The notes under the pieces: model-generated
The model's database searches: none
Told to the model about the DNA's origin: nothing
What the model saw: only the letters and a program-made list of their open reading frames with translations
Shown: positions 40,299 to 49,335 of the stretch, one piece after another
How positions within the stretch are numbered: position 1 is the first letter of the stretch
How the letters are laid out: the number at the start of each line of letters is the position of its first letter
IMG/VR virus record: IMGVR_UViG_3300010965_000005
Location: 26,583-90,582 of that record
Strand: one strand, 5' to 3'
DNA length: 64,000 bases
Source: a virus
Taxonomy: Duplodnaviria; Caudoviricetes
Position numbers and translations under genes: made by a program

Positions 40299-40754
40299 AT
40301 GGGCAAGACTACCTTCACTGGTCCGATTCGCGCGGGCAACATTCTTCAAACCTCCGGCACCACCCTAGGCCAAGACGTCAAGAACGTCGGCTCGGTTGTC
40401 ATGGTTCAGACCTATCCAATCACTCAAGCTGGCACCGCAACCGCATTGGCCACCCCAATCGTTCTGCCCGCAAACAGCCACATTATGAACATTCAGATGC
40501 TGAACACCGCCGCGTGGAGCGGTGCTGCGACGACTCTGAGCGTTGGCACCTCGGCAACCGCGACCGAACTGGTGGCGCTGACCTCAATGCCCGTTGGCCT
40601 CGTTGCGTTGAATCCAGGCACTGACGCAACTCGGACTGGCCTATGGGACGACACTGGAACCACGGATGACCGTATCTGGGTCATTTCAGCAAACACTGGC
40701 ACGGGCGTCGGCACGATCACCGTCCGTTACATCCAAGCGCACGATCTGCCCTAA
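40299..40754 (+). CDS. Putative virion structural protein
   Basis: SD AAGGAG before ATG 40299; MGKTTFTGPIRAG; beta-rich, Thr/Gly-rich. Confidence 0.65.
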   Translation: MGKTTFTGPIRAGNILQTSGTTLGQDVKNVGSVVMVQTYPITQAGTATALATPIVLPANSHIMNIQMLNTAAWSGAATTLSVGTSATATELVALTSMPVGLVALNPGTDATRTGLWDDTGTTDDRIWVISANTGTGVGTITVRYIQAHDLP

Positions 40755-40942
40755 TGGAAAATGGCATCCGCGTTGGGAACAAAAAACCCTCAATGACCAT
40801 CGACAAATCGGTCGACACTGGCAAGCCTTCGGCAACTGAAAACGTGACGCCCCACACCACGAGTGGCAGCCGCACAGTTATCGGTGGCCAGCCAGTCTAT
40901 GGTATGCCATTGATGTCAGCAGCCGCCGCCAAGGCAAAGTAA
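40754..40942 (+). CDS. Hypothetical protein (62 aa)
   Basis: TAATG overlap. Confidence 0.5.
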   Translation: MENGIRVGNKKPSMTIDKSVDTGKPSATENVTPHTTSGSRTVIGGQPVYGMPLMSAAAAKAK

Positions 40943-40945
40943 CAC

Positions 40946-40966
40946 GGGGGGGCTTCGGCCCCCTCC
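40946..40966 (+). terminator. UUCG hairpin
   Basis: GGGGGGGC-TTCG-GCCCCCTCC; no U-tract, so may be a stabilising hairpin. Confidence 0.45.
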
Positions 40967-40985
40967 ACCCTTACAGGAGAATGCG

Positions 40986-41294
40986 ATGACCCCCATTACA
41001 ATTTCAAAAACTGGCACTGGGCGGAGCGCGGTCATCGCCTCGGACAGCTTCCAAAATCCATTCAACGTCGGCTTGGTCATTGTCGTGACTGGCACGGCAA
41101 CTTTCAACATTGAGATTTCTATGGATGACCCGATGCTTGCGGCCCCCACCGTCTGGGCTGTGGACACTGGTTTTTCCGCAAAGACCGCGTCAATCAACGG
41201 CTCCATCACCGTCCCACACCACGCGCTGTCAATCAACGTCACGTCTGGTTCCGGCACGGTCACGGCATATATCGTTCAGGCTGGTGCTCGGTAA
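40986..41294 (+). CDS. Small virion protein (beta-sandwich-like)
   Basis: SD AGGAG; TAATG overlap with the next gene. Confidence 0.6.
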   Translation: MTPITISKTGTGRSAVIASDSFQNPFNVGLVIVVTGTATFNIEISMDDPMLAAPTVWAVDTGFSAKTASINGSITVPHHALSINVTSGSGTVTAYIVQAGAR

Positions 41295-41545
41295 TGGCAA
41301 AATCACCCGCTTGGACCCGCAAGGAAGGCCAAGACCCCAAGGGTGGCCTTAACGCAAAGGGCAGGGCGTCGGCCAAGGCTCAAGGCATGAACCTGAAGCC
41401 GCCAGCGCCAAGTCCAAAGACCGAAAAAGACGCCGCGCGCAAGAAATCTTTCTGTGCCAGAATGTCTGGAATGGAAGGCCCCATGAAAGACGAGAGTGGA
41501 AAGCCGACCCGCAAGGCGCTGTCCCTAAAAGCATGGAAGTGTTGA
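41294..41545 (+). CDS. Conserved basic phage protein
   Basis: MAKSPAWTRKEGQDPKGGLNAKGRAS...RKKSFCARMSG...KAWKC. Confidence 0.7.
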   Translation: MAKSPAWTRKEGQDPKGGLNAKGRASAKAQGMNLKPPAPSPKTEKDAARKKSFCARMSGMEGPMKDESGKPTRKALSLKAWKC

Positions 41546-41549
41546 TCAG

Positions 41550-42230
41550 ATGACCACCAGCGGCACATACGCATTTAACCCAGGGCTGGGCGAGATTGTC
41601 CTCTACGCATACATGAATTTGGGCATCCGCCCGACTTCACTGTTGCAAGAGCATATGGACAGCGCCCGCATGGCAACAAACATGATGCTGTCGCGCTGGG
41701 CGAACCAGGGGGTCAATTTATGGGCCGTCGATCTGGTCACCACTCCCCTGATTGAGGGGCAGTCCACCTACGCCGTTGAGGGCAACACGGTGATGATCCT
41801 TGATGCCTATACCACGACCGATCAGGGCATTGACCGCGTGATCATGCCGATCAGCCGCACCGAGTATGCGTCCTACCCAAACAAGGCCCAGCAGGGCTTC
41901 CCCACATCGTTCTGGTATGACCGCCTGATCTCCCCCACCATCACCCTGTGGCCCGTGCCAGACGGCACGTCGGCCACGATCCTGAAGTATTACCGTGTCC
42001 GCCAGATTCAGGACTCGAACCTCAGAAATAACGAAAATGTAGAAATTCCCTATTTGTGGCTGGAGGCGTTTGCGGACGGCCTGACGTATCGTCTGGCGCG
42101 CATCTGGAACCCCCAACTGGCCGTTCCCCTCAAGGGTCAGGCCGATGAAAGCTACATGATCGCGTCAAACCAGAACGTCGAGAATGTTGGGATGTATATT
42201 TCACCCATGATTGGCGGGTATTTCCGATAA
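41550..42230 (+). CDS. Head-to-tail adaptor / head completion protein
   Basis: MTTSGTYAFN...ISRTEYASYPNKAQQGFPTSFWYDR...ITLWPVPD. Confidence 0.7.
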   Translation: MTTSGTYAFNPGLGEIVLYAYMNLGIRPTSLLQEHMDSARMATNMMLSRWANQGVNLWAVDLVTTPLIEGQSTYAVEGNTVMILDAYTTTDQGIDRVIMPISRTEYASYPNKAQQGFPTSFWYDRLISPTITLWPVPDGTSATILKYYRVRQIQDSNLRNNENVEIPYLWLEAFADGLTYRLARIWNPQLAVPLKGQADESYMIASNQNVENVGMYISPMIGGYFR

Positions 42231-42739
42231 TGGCATACGCATCGAGGGCAGGAAAGGCGAGGACATCACGGGTATCCCCGCAGGCACACGCCATATGCGA
42301 CCGCTGCGGTGGCCGCTACAACCACGTCGATCTGGGCTGGCAATACGACTGGGCTGGCGCGTCGATGATCAACAAGCGCCTTCTGGTGTGCAACACCTGC
42401 ATGGATGACCCGCAGCAGCAGCTTCGGTCTATCGTGCTGCCAGCCGATCCGACGCCAATTATGAATGCGCGGCCAGAGCAATTCGTCAACGCCGAGACGG
42501 ACTATCGCCTGACCAGCCTGCCCGCCACCATGAACGTCAAGACTGGCCTGATGGTCCCCGATGGTGACACCCGCATCACCGAGAATGACAAGAAGCGCGT
42601 CGTCCAGCAGACTGGCGGCGCTGATGGCAGCTTAAACCAACAGCCAGGCACGGACCCCGCCGCGCAGACCCCACCCCTAGCCACCGAGGCCGGATTGCCG
42701 TATGGTAACACCGAAGTTCCAGAGACAGGACCGATCTGA
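42230..42739 (+). CDS. Zn-finger-containing virion-module protein
   Basis: AICDRCG...LLVCNTCMDDPQ. Confidence 0.65.
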   Translation: MAYASRAGKARTSRVSPQAHAICDRCGGRYNHVDLGWQYDWAGASMINKRLLVCNTCMDDPQQQLRSIVLPADPTPIMNARPEQFVNAETDYRLTSLPATMNVKTGLMVPDGDTRITENDKKRVVQQTGGADGSLNQQPGTDPAAQTPPLATEAGLPYGNTEVPETGPI

Positions 42740-43821
42740 TGGCAAACATTCAAATCCCCAACCTTCCAGCCGTAGCATCTCTGTCTGGGCAGGAACTGTT
42801 CGAGGGCGTCCAATCTGGAACATCCGTCAAGATCAGCTTGGATCAGGTCATTGCCGCCGCCAGAACGGGAACGCCGACAACTCTTCCTTTCCCAGTTGAC
42901 TTCGGCGGGACCGGGGCGACGACCCTGACTGGATACATCAAGGGAAATGGAACCGCAGCGTTCACGGCGTCACCTACCATCCCGGCGTCCGACATCACTG
43001 GCGTTGGCACGATGGCGACCCAAAATGCTAACGCCGTTGCTATTACGGGTGGCTCAATTACTGGAATCACTGATCTGGCCGTTGCCGATGGAGGAACTGG
43101 AGCGTCAACGCTTACGGGGTATATCAAGGGCGCTGGCACAGTTGCATTGACGGGTGTTGCTTCAATTCCAAGTACTGACATCACTGGCCTTGGCACTATG
43201 TCAACGCAGAGTGCCAATTCTGTTGCCATTACGGGCGGCTCAATCACTGGAATCACTGATCTTGCGGTGGCTGATGGCGGTACGGGCGCGTCTGATGCTG
43301 CTGGTGCCAGAACCAACCTTGGCCTTGGCTCCATTGCAACACAATCCGCATCTTCTGTAACCATTACGGGCGGTTCAATTACTGGGATCACTGACCTTGC
43401 CATAGCGGATGGTGGTACTGGCGCTTCTGATGCCGCCACCGCTCGAACAAACCTTGGCCTTGGCACGGCAGCCACAACAAATAGCACCGCATATGTACCC
43501 CAGACGGCAGTAACAGGATCAGCCGGAATCCCCACGGGGACACAGGCCCAGCGTGATGTCAGCCCAGCCGCTGGATACCTCCGCTTTAACACCACCGCCT
43601 CTCAATTTGAGGGTTACAGCGGCACTGCATGGGGTGCAATTGGCGGCGGCGGTGGGGCCACTGGCGGTGGGTCGGATGAAATTTTTGTTGAAAACGGTCA
43701 GGTCGTTACGACAAGTTATGCAATCCCAGCAAACAAGAACGCTATGTCAACTGGCCCAATTACAATCAACGCAGGAGCGACCGTAACGGTCACCGCTGGC
43801 GCAAGATGGGTGGTACTGTAA
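42739..43821 (+). CDS. Tail fibre-like protein with GGTGA repeats
   Basis: Thr/Gly/Ala-rich; tandem repeats; C-terminal GYLRFNTTASQFEGYSGTAWGAIGGG module. Confidence 0.75.
   Translation: MANIQIPNLPAVASLSGQELFEGVQSGTSVKISLDQVIAAARTGTPTTLPFPVDFGGTGATTLTGYIKGNGTAAFTASPTIPASDITGVGTMATQNANAVAITGGSITGITDLAVADGGTGASTLTGYIKGAGTVALTGVASIPSTDITGLGTMSTQSANSVAITGGSITGITDLAVADGGTGASDAAGARTNLGLGSIATQSASSVTITGGSITGITDLAIADGGTGASDAATARTNLGLGTAATTNSTAYVPQTAVTGSAGIPTGTQAQRDVSPAAGYLRFNTTASQFEGYSGTAWGAIGGGGGATGGGSDEIFVENGQVVTTSYAIPANKNAMSTGPITINAGATVTVTAGARWVVL
43012..43435 (+). repeat. Three tandem (M/I)ATQ..AVAITGGSITGITDLAVADGGTGAS coding repeats
   Basis: Visible in protein and DNA (attacgggcggctcaatcactggaatcactgat variants). 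Confidence 0.85.
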
Positions 43822-43877
43822 ATGCCTATTACAATCAGGATTAAACTTCGTTACACCTACCCAGTGGAGTCCACAAC

Positions 43878-44102
43878 ATGAGCAGCATCGCACTTACCCC
43901 CAACGCATCTGGCACTGGCGCATTCACCATTGCATCACCAAACAGCAACACCAATCAGACACTGACACTGCCTGATGCCACTGGGACAGTCCTTGTTGGC
44001 GGCACGCCATCATCATCCACGACCAACACCGTGACGAATAAAATTGCGGTTGTGATTGGTGGGACGACCTATTACATTCTAGCATCAACAAGTGGGGTTT
44101 GA
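43878..44102 (+). CDS. Small fibre-associated protein
   Basis: SGTGAFTIASPNSNTNQTLTLPDATGT motif. Confidence 0.6.
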   Translation: MSSIALTPNASGTGAFTIASPNSNTNQTLTLPDATGTVLVGGTPSSSTTNTVTNKIAVVIGGTTYYILASTSGV

Positions 44103-44105
44103 TTT

Positions 44106-45167
44106 ATGTCCACTGTAAGCGTTAATGCCATAGTAGACGCCTCTGGCGGTAACACGGCAACAATCAACGGCATCCCACTGCGTCAGGGCGTCTTGGACCC
44201 GCAAAACCTCATCATCAATGGCGCGTTTGACTTCTGGCAGCGGGGAACTAGCTTCACCACTGGTGTATATGGCGCTGATCGGTGGTTCAATGGTCTATCT
44301 GGAGGTACGGTTACGCAGTCCCGTCAGGCATTTACAGTTGGCGATACAATTGGCTCTACCAGCCCTACTTATTTCTTGCGGCAGAATGTGACTGGGCAGA
44401 CAACGTCAGCGCAGTATGCCGTTACCACACAACGCATTGAAGGCGTCCGCAGCTACGCTGGCCAGACCATTACAGTTTTAGGCTGGGCCAAGCGAGCCAC
44501 TGGTACGGGCAACATGGCCTTGGAGGCAGAACAAAGCTTTGGCACGGGCGGATCGCCATCGGCAAGCGTCACGTCTATTTCCCCGACCACCGTTACCCTG
44601 ACAACATCATGGGCCGCATTTGCGGTCACCATGACCATCCCGTCAATTACGGGAAAAACGCTTGGCACTAACCTTAACGATTATCTGGCCATAAACTTCT
44701 GGGCATCCGCAGGCTCAACCCTCGACGCCCGCTCAAACTCCCTCGGCCTGCAAACCATCGCCGTTGACCTGTGGGGCGTCCATATCAAACTTGGAACTCA
44801 GACCACGGCGGCGGTTGACCTCTACAAGCGGCCTGAGCAAGGGCCAGAGTTGGAACGGTGTCAGCGTTACTACCAGAAATTATATCCACTTGCCGTAAAC
44901 CCCGGTAATCCATCCGGAATGAATGGCGGCATTTACGATGGCGGCGGGTTTAGTAGCATTTCCCTTGTTAGAATCCTCCAGAGAATGAGGACGACTCCCG
45001 CCTACGCGATTTGGGATGATGCTGGGAATTCCGGCAAATATACCTTGAATGGGTCGACCCCCAACCAAACCCCGGTCGCGTTTGATAATTTTTCCGACTC
45101 CGGGTTTAAGCTTTTTACCGCTGCCGGGAGAATTTCGTTCTTCTGGGCAGCAGATGCGGAGCTATGA
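44106..45167 (+). CDS. Tail fibre / receptor-binding protein with carbohydrate-binding-like domain
   Basis: NLIINGAFDFWQRG...ADRW...ELERCQRYYQK pattern. Confidence 0.72.
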   Translation: MSTVSVNAIVDASGGNTATINGIPLRQGVLDPQNLIINGAFDFWQRGTSFTTGVYGADRWFNGLSGGTVTQSRQAFTVGDTIGSTSPTYFLRQNVTGQTTSAQYAVTTQRIEGVRSYAGQTITVLGWAKRATGTGNMALEAEQSFGTGGSPSASVTSISPTTVTLTTSWAAFAVTMTIPSITGKTLGTNLNDYLAINFWASAGSTLDARSNSLGLQTIAVDLWGVHIKLGTQTTAAVDLYKRPEQGPELERCQRYYQKLYPLAVNPGNPSGMNGGIYDGGGFSSISLVRILQRMRTTPAYAIWDDAGNSGKYTLNGSTPNQTPVAFDNFSDSGFKLFTAAGRISFFWAADAEL

Positions 45168-45511
45168 TCATGGATATAACTGACGCCCGTTACACCGCTT
45201 CTGGCTCCATCACCGCAACGGTAGACGGTGTGGAGATGGCTATCCCAGCCGTGGGCGGAAACCGCCATTACGATGCCATGATCGAACGGGGCGTGGTCAT
45301 CTCGCCTTACGTTGAGCCAACCAAGACAGCCGAACAGGTCCGCGCTGAACGTAACCAACTTCTGGCATCGTGTGACTGGACGCAGGTTGCAGACTCTCCT
45401 GTTGATCAAGCCGCATGGGCTATCTACAGGCAGGCGCTTCGTGATATAACGGGACAAGATGGCTTCCCCGCATCGGTAGTGTGGCCAATCTCTCCGAATG
45501 AGGTGATCTGA
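45164..45511 (+). CDS. Tail fibre assembly chaperone
   Basis: RAERNQLLASCDWTQVADSP...WAIYRQALRDIT..FP..VVWP. Confidence 0.8.
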   Translation: MIMDITDARYTASGSITATVDGVEMAIPAVGGNRHYDAMIERGVVISPYVEPTKTAEQVRAERNQLLASCDWTQVADSPVDQAAWAIYRQALRDITGQDGFPASVVWPISPNEVI

Positions 45512-45888
45512 TGTCAATCGTACTTGACGGAACTTCAGGTATCAACGCAAATACAGGTACTGTTGCTGATGCCTCCGGCGATGTCCGTAACCTTATAAAC
45601 AACGTCAAGACGTCTGCGTACATCTTGGCGTTGGCGGATAACGGAGATATAATCAACATCACCACGGGAGGTGTGACGGTAAACTCTGGAATTTTCTCCG
45701 CAGGCAACAACATCACCATCTACAACAACAGTGCTTCGTCGCAGACCATCACCCAAGGCTCTGGCGTGACGCTGCGTCTGGCTGGATCGGCCACCACGGG
45801 GAACCGCACTCTGGCCCTGCGCGGCATCTGCACTATTATCTGCGTGGCATCGAATGAGTTTGTCGTGTCTGGGGCGGGATTGACCTAA
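45511..45888 (+). CDS. Fibre-associated protein
   Basis: TGATG overlap; beta-rich. Confidence 0.6.
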   Translation: MSIVLDGTSGINANTGTVADASGDVRNLINNVKTSAYILALADNGDIINITTGGVTVNSGIFSAGNNITIYNNSASSQTITQGSGVTLRLAGSATTGNRTLALRGICTIICVASNEFVVSGAGLT

Positions 45889-46748
45889 TGCCAAGTTCTG
45901 TAGGGTTGCTATCAAACACACCATTTTACGCCACTGGCGGGACAGTCACTGACACCAGTGGGTATCGCATTCACGTCTTCACTACTGTTGGGGCTGACAC
46001 GTTTACGACCAACTTGGCCCAAGGCACGAAGACCATCGAAGTGCTGATGGTCGGGGGTGGCGGCGGCGGCGGCGCAAATGGTGGCGGCGGTGGCGGCGCG
46101 GGCGGTGTTGTCTACAATGCCGCCTTGAGTGTGGCGTCTGGGTTTACCTCGTACAGCTTGTCTGTCGGGGGCGGAGGCGCTGGAGCGACAACTAGCACTC
46201 CAGTCAATGGAACCCTATCGTCAATGACGGGACTGTCAAATGCGGTCGGGGGCGGTGGCGGGGCGTCAAGGCTTTCCCCAATAATCGCTGGCGGCAACGG
46301 CGGTTCTGGTGGCGGTGGCGCTGGACAGACAGCCCCCGCGTTTACCGCAGGAACTGGTACGGCGGGTCAGGGAAATGCTGGTGGCGCTGGAACTAACGAT
46401 GGCGGAGCAAGCGGAACTGGCGGCGGCGGCGGCGGTGCGGGCGGCGCAGGTGCCGCTGGCGTACTCCTTACGGCGGGAAACGCTGGCGTTGGGACCAGCG
46501 CATACAGCGCTCTTCTTCAAATGGCTGGGTATGGCGTAAACGTATCTGGAACCTACTACATTGCAGGTGGTGGTGGCGGCGGCATAGTCGTGAATGGAAC
46601 GCCGAAAGCTGGTGGTTCTGGTGGCGGTGGCGGCTTGGGTATAGCTGGAGTCGCAAACACAGGCGGCGGTGGTGGCGGCAATAATACTGGCGGTGGCACT
46701 GGAACCGCTGGCGGCTCCGGCATCATCATCATCCGCTATCTTCTGTAG
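45888..46748 (+). CDS. Glycine-rich virion protein
   Basis: ATGGTVT..GYRIHVFT, VLMVGGGGGGG, GGSGIIIIRY. Confidence 0.72.
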   Translation: MPSSVGLLSNTPFYATGGTVTDTSGYRIHVFTTVGADTFTTNLAQGTKTIEVLMVGGGGGGGANGGGGGGAGGVVYNAALSVASGFTSYSLSVGGGGAGATTSTPVNGTLSSMTGLSNAVGGGGGASRLSPIIAGGNGGSGGGGAGQTAPAFTAGTGTAGQGNAGGAGTNDGGASGTGGGGGGAGGAGAAGVLLTAGNAGVGTSAYSALLQMAGYGVNVSGTYYIAGGGGGGIVVNGTPKAGGSGGGGGLGIAGVANTGGGGGGNNTGGGTGTAGGSGIIIIRYLL

Positions 46749-46764
46749 TAAAACGAGGTGTAAA

Positions 46765-46989
46765 ATGGACGTTCTGGAGTTTCTTATGAAGTGGGCAGTG
46801 GCTCCAGTCATTGGCTTTGTGTTTCTGATTTACAACAAGCAGCAGTCGCATGACACCGACATTGCTGTCTTGAAGGCCACCGCATCCGCCAACAAAGAAG
46901 CCCACGACCGTGAATTCAAGCAGATACAGGCATCGTTCCAGACCGTGTTTGACAAACTATCCAATATCGAGGAGGCGTTACGCAAATGA
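46765..46989 (+). CDS. Holin-like small membrane protein
   Basis: SD GAGGT; one TM helix plus coiled coil; ATGA overlap with the endolysin. Confidence 0.5.
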   Translation: MDVLEFLMKWAVAPVIGFVFLIYNKQQSHDTDIAVLKATASANKEAHDREFKQIQASFQTVFDKLSNIEEALRK

Positions 46990-47687
46990 TCAACAAGGCA
47001 TCTATCGCGCTGATTAAATCCTTTGAGGGTTGCAGCCTAAAGGCGTACAAATGCCCCGCAGGCATCTGGACCATCGGCTACGGCACGACCGCCGCCGCTG
47101 GCGTTGGCGTTGTGCCTCACGAGGGGATGAAGATCACCCAAGCGCAGGCCGACCACTACTTCAATATCACCATTGAGAACTTTGCCACTGAAGTGGTGAA
47201 GATGATGACGCGCGCCGCCACCCAGAACGAGTTTGGGGCGTTTGTTTCTCTGGCCTACAACATCGGCCTTGGCGCGTTCAAGAAGTCGTCGGCGCTGCGT
47301 TATTTTAACGCTGGCGATCACGCAAAAGCGGCAGATGCCATCCTGATGTGGAACAAGGCCAGCGGTAAGGTTCTGGCTGGCCTTACGCGCCGTCGCATTG
47401 CCGAGCGTGATTTATTCTTGACCGAGTCTCTGGCCGTTGCCACGCGCACCGAAACCCGCGAAACGGTTGCCGCCCCAGACATGCCGCGCGACACGCCCGC
47501 AGAGTCCAGCACCATGCAGGCTGGCGCTATTCAGATCGCGTCTGCGGCTGGCGCTGGCATTTCCGCCGTTTCCGCTCTCAGCGGGACTGCCCAGATCGTG
47601 GCTATGGCTTTCTGTGGCGTGGTGGTGCTGGCCGCGCTGTGGATCATGCGTGAGCGCCTGCGCAAGTGGGCAGAGGGGGATCGTTGA
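46986..47687 (+). CDS. Endolysin, GH24 lysozyme, with hydrophobic C-terminal helices
   Basis: LIKSFEGCSLKAYKCPAGIWTIGYG, FVSLAYNIG, WNKASGKVLAGLTRRR. Confidence 0.9.
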   Translation: MINKASIALIKSFEGCSLKAYKCPAGIWTIGYGTTAAAGVGVVPHEGMKITQAQADHYFNITIENFATEVVKMMTRAATQNEFGAFVSLAYNIGLGAFKKSSALRYFNAGDHAKAADAILMWNKASGKVLAGLTRRRIAERDLFLTESLAVATRTETRETVAAPDMPRDTPAESSTMQAGAIQIASAAGAGISAVSALSGTAQIVAMAFCGVVVLAALWIMRERLRKWAEGDR

Positions 47688-47905
47688 TGTTTGGATGGCT
47701 CAAGCGCGCCGCCCTGTGGGCCGCTGGCGCTATCGCGGTAATCTTTGCGGCGTGGATGGCTGGGAAGCGCGATCAGCGACAGCAGACCGCCCTGAAGGCG
47801 GCGGAAGGCTATGCAAAAACCCGAAAGGAAATTGACGATGTTGAAAACAATATCAGCAGCGATCCTGCTGTCCTTCGTGACTGGCTGCGTGAGCGTGGCA
47901 AGTAA
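47687..47905 (+). CDS. i-spanin-like (Rz-like) protein
   Basis: N-terminal TM plus coiled coil, directly after the endolysin. Confidence 0.55.
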   Translation: MFGWLKRAALWAAGAIAVIFAAWMAGKRDQRQQTALKAAEGYAKTRKEIDDVENNISSDPAVLRDWLRERGK

Positions 47906-48035
47906 GCCCGCAATCTGCGACGGAACCTACGCTGCGCGAACAAAACACGCGGCGGCTCTGGCCGAGGACGGCGGGGACGCCTCCATTGTAACTGGCGCAA
48001 AACTGATTATGATGCTTGACAAAGCCTGTAAATAG
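47838..48035 (+). CDS. o-spanin-like (Rz1-like) lipoprotein
   Basis: Lipobox VTGC; overlaps the previous gene out of frame. Confidence 0.58.
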   Translation: MLKTISAAILLSFVTGCVSVASKPAICDGTYAARTKHAAALAEDGGDASIVTGAKLIMMLDKACK

Positions 48036-48048
48036 TAGGGAAAGACAT

Positions 48049-48318
48049 ATGAACCGCTCTGAAATTCTCGACACCGCCAAGGCATATGTCACCAGAGATA
48101 GGGCTGCCACGCATGGCGACATGGAGCGGAACTTTGAAACCATCGCGGCCTATTGGTCTATCCATCTGGACGTATACGTGACAGCGACCGACGTGGCCGT
48201 GATGATGGCGCTTCTGAAGACAGCCCGCATCAAGGAAAACGAGGGACACGCCGACAATTGGGTGGATGGCGCGGGATACTTCGCGTGTGGCGGGGACATT
48301 GCGACGTCTATTGGTTGA
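48049..48318 (+). CDS. DUF6378-like protein
   Basis: RSEILDTAKAYVTRDRAATHG...NFETIAAYW...LKTARI...HADNWVDGAGY. Confidence 0.7.
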   Translation: MNRSEILDTAKAYVTRDRAATHGDMERNFETIAAYWSIHLDVYVTATDVAVMMALLKTARIKENEGHADNWVDGAGYFACGGDIATSIG

Positions 48319-48339
48319 AACGAATATTTGGTCTATAGT
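48311..48339 (+). promoter_or_regulatory. Possible promoter for the tail/ejection operon
   Basis: TTGGTT-N17-TATAGT. Confidence 0.4.
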
Positions 48340-48363
48340 GGCCCTGAAACGTAAGGTGGCATC

Positions 48364-49332
48364 ATGGTCGGACTGACATACGAGACATACAAGAACCAAG
48401 TCGCGGAAATGGCGGTTGTATCACCAAATGATACAAACTTCCTGTCAATCCTCCAGATGATGATTGATTACGCCACCTTGCGCATCAACCGTGACTTGGA
48501 CCTGATGGACACGTCAGCTTCCCTGACTGGCCCAAGCTACAAGTTGACGGCTGGCGACAGGAGGCTGTCATTCAGTCAAAATCTGTCTGATGGGTCGTAT
48601 TTTGTTGTCAGCGAGCAGATCAACTTGATCTCCCCAGCGGGGCAGACTGATCCAGATTTAAATGAACGCATTCCGTTGCTGCCCGCGACAAAGGAATATC
48701 TTGACGCCGTCTTCGGCTCCTCTCTTTCCGCAAACAGGGCGCAGCCGAAATACTTCGTTCCGTTCAACGACACGCTGTTCTTGGTTGGCCCCGTTCCAGA
48801 TGTTGACTATTACGTTGAGGTCGTCGGGACCGTCAGGCCCGCAATATTGGGGTTCACGCCGCAGATTACCTCGGCAATTCAGACCCTCACGAGTGGTTCC
48901 ATTGTCTTCACGTCACCGCACGGCATCGCCAACGGGGCGCAGGTGACCCTGACGGGGTTTACGCCATCTACGTGGAATGGGACATTCACCGCGACCGTAT
49001 CTGGTGATTCAGCGATCACGATAACACTGCCCAACTCCGTGGCATCCCCTACGGGTGCCACCGTCATCGGGTCGGCTGGAAATGGTAATGGCGTATCTTT
49101 CATCAGCCAGTATCTTCCAGACCTTCTGATCATGGCGTCAATGATTTACATTTCGGCCTATCAGCGGAACTTCGGACGTCAGTCCGATGACCCCCAGATG
49201 GCTCAAAGCTACGAGGGTCAATATCAGGCACTTCTCAAGTCCGCGACGGTTGAGGAGGCCCGCAAGAAATTCGAGGCTGCGGCGTGGTCGTCTCAATCAC
49301 CCGCCCAAGTCGCATCACCGACGCGAGGGTAA
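48364..49332 (+). CDS. Tail tubular / adaptor protein with inserted beta module
   Basis: YATLRINRDL...FLVGPVPDVDYYVEV...YLPDLLIMASM; precedes the large tail hub gene. Confidence 0.65.
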   Translation: MVGLTYETYKNQVAEMAVVSPNDTNFLSILQMMIDYATLRINRDLDLMDTSASLTGPSYKLTAGDRRLSFSQNLSDGSYFVVSEQINLISPAGQTDPDLNERIPLLPATKEYLDAVFGSSLSANRAQPKYFVPFNDTLFLVGPVPDVDYYVEVVGTVRPAILGFTPQITSAIQTLTSGSIVFTSPHGIANGAQVTLTGFTPSTWNGTFTATVSGDSAITITLPNSVASPTGATVIGSAGNGNGVSFISQYLPDLLIMASMIYISAYQRNFGRQSDDPQMAQSYEGQYQALLKSATVEEARKKFEAAAWSSQSPAQVASPTRG

Positions 49333-49335
49333 TAC

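Noticed and set aside
45888-46748. PE-PGRS-like or eukaryotic low-complexity contamination
   Set aside because: Bounded by typical phage glycine-rich-domain motifs and translationally coupled within the fibre operon.
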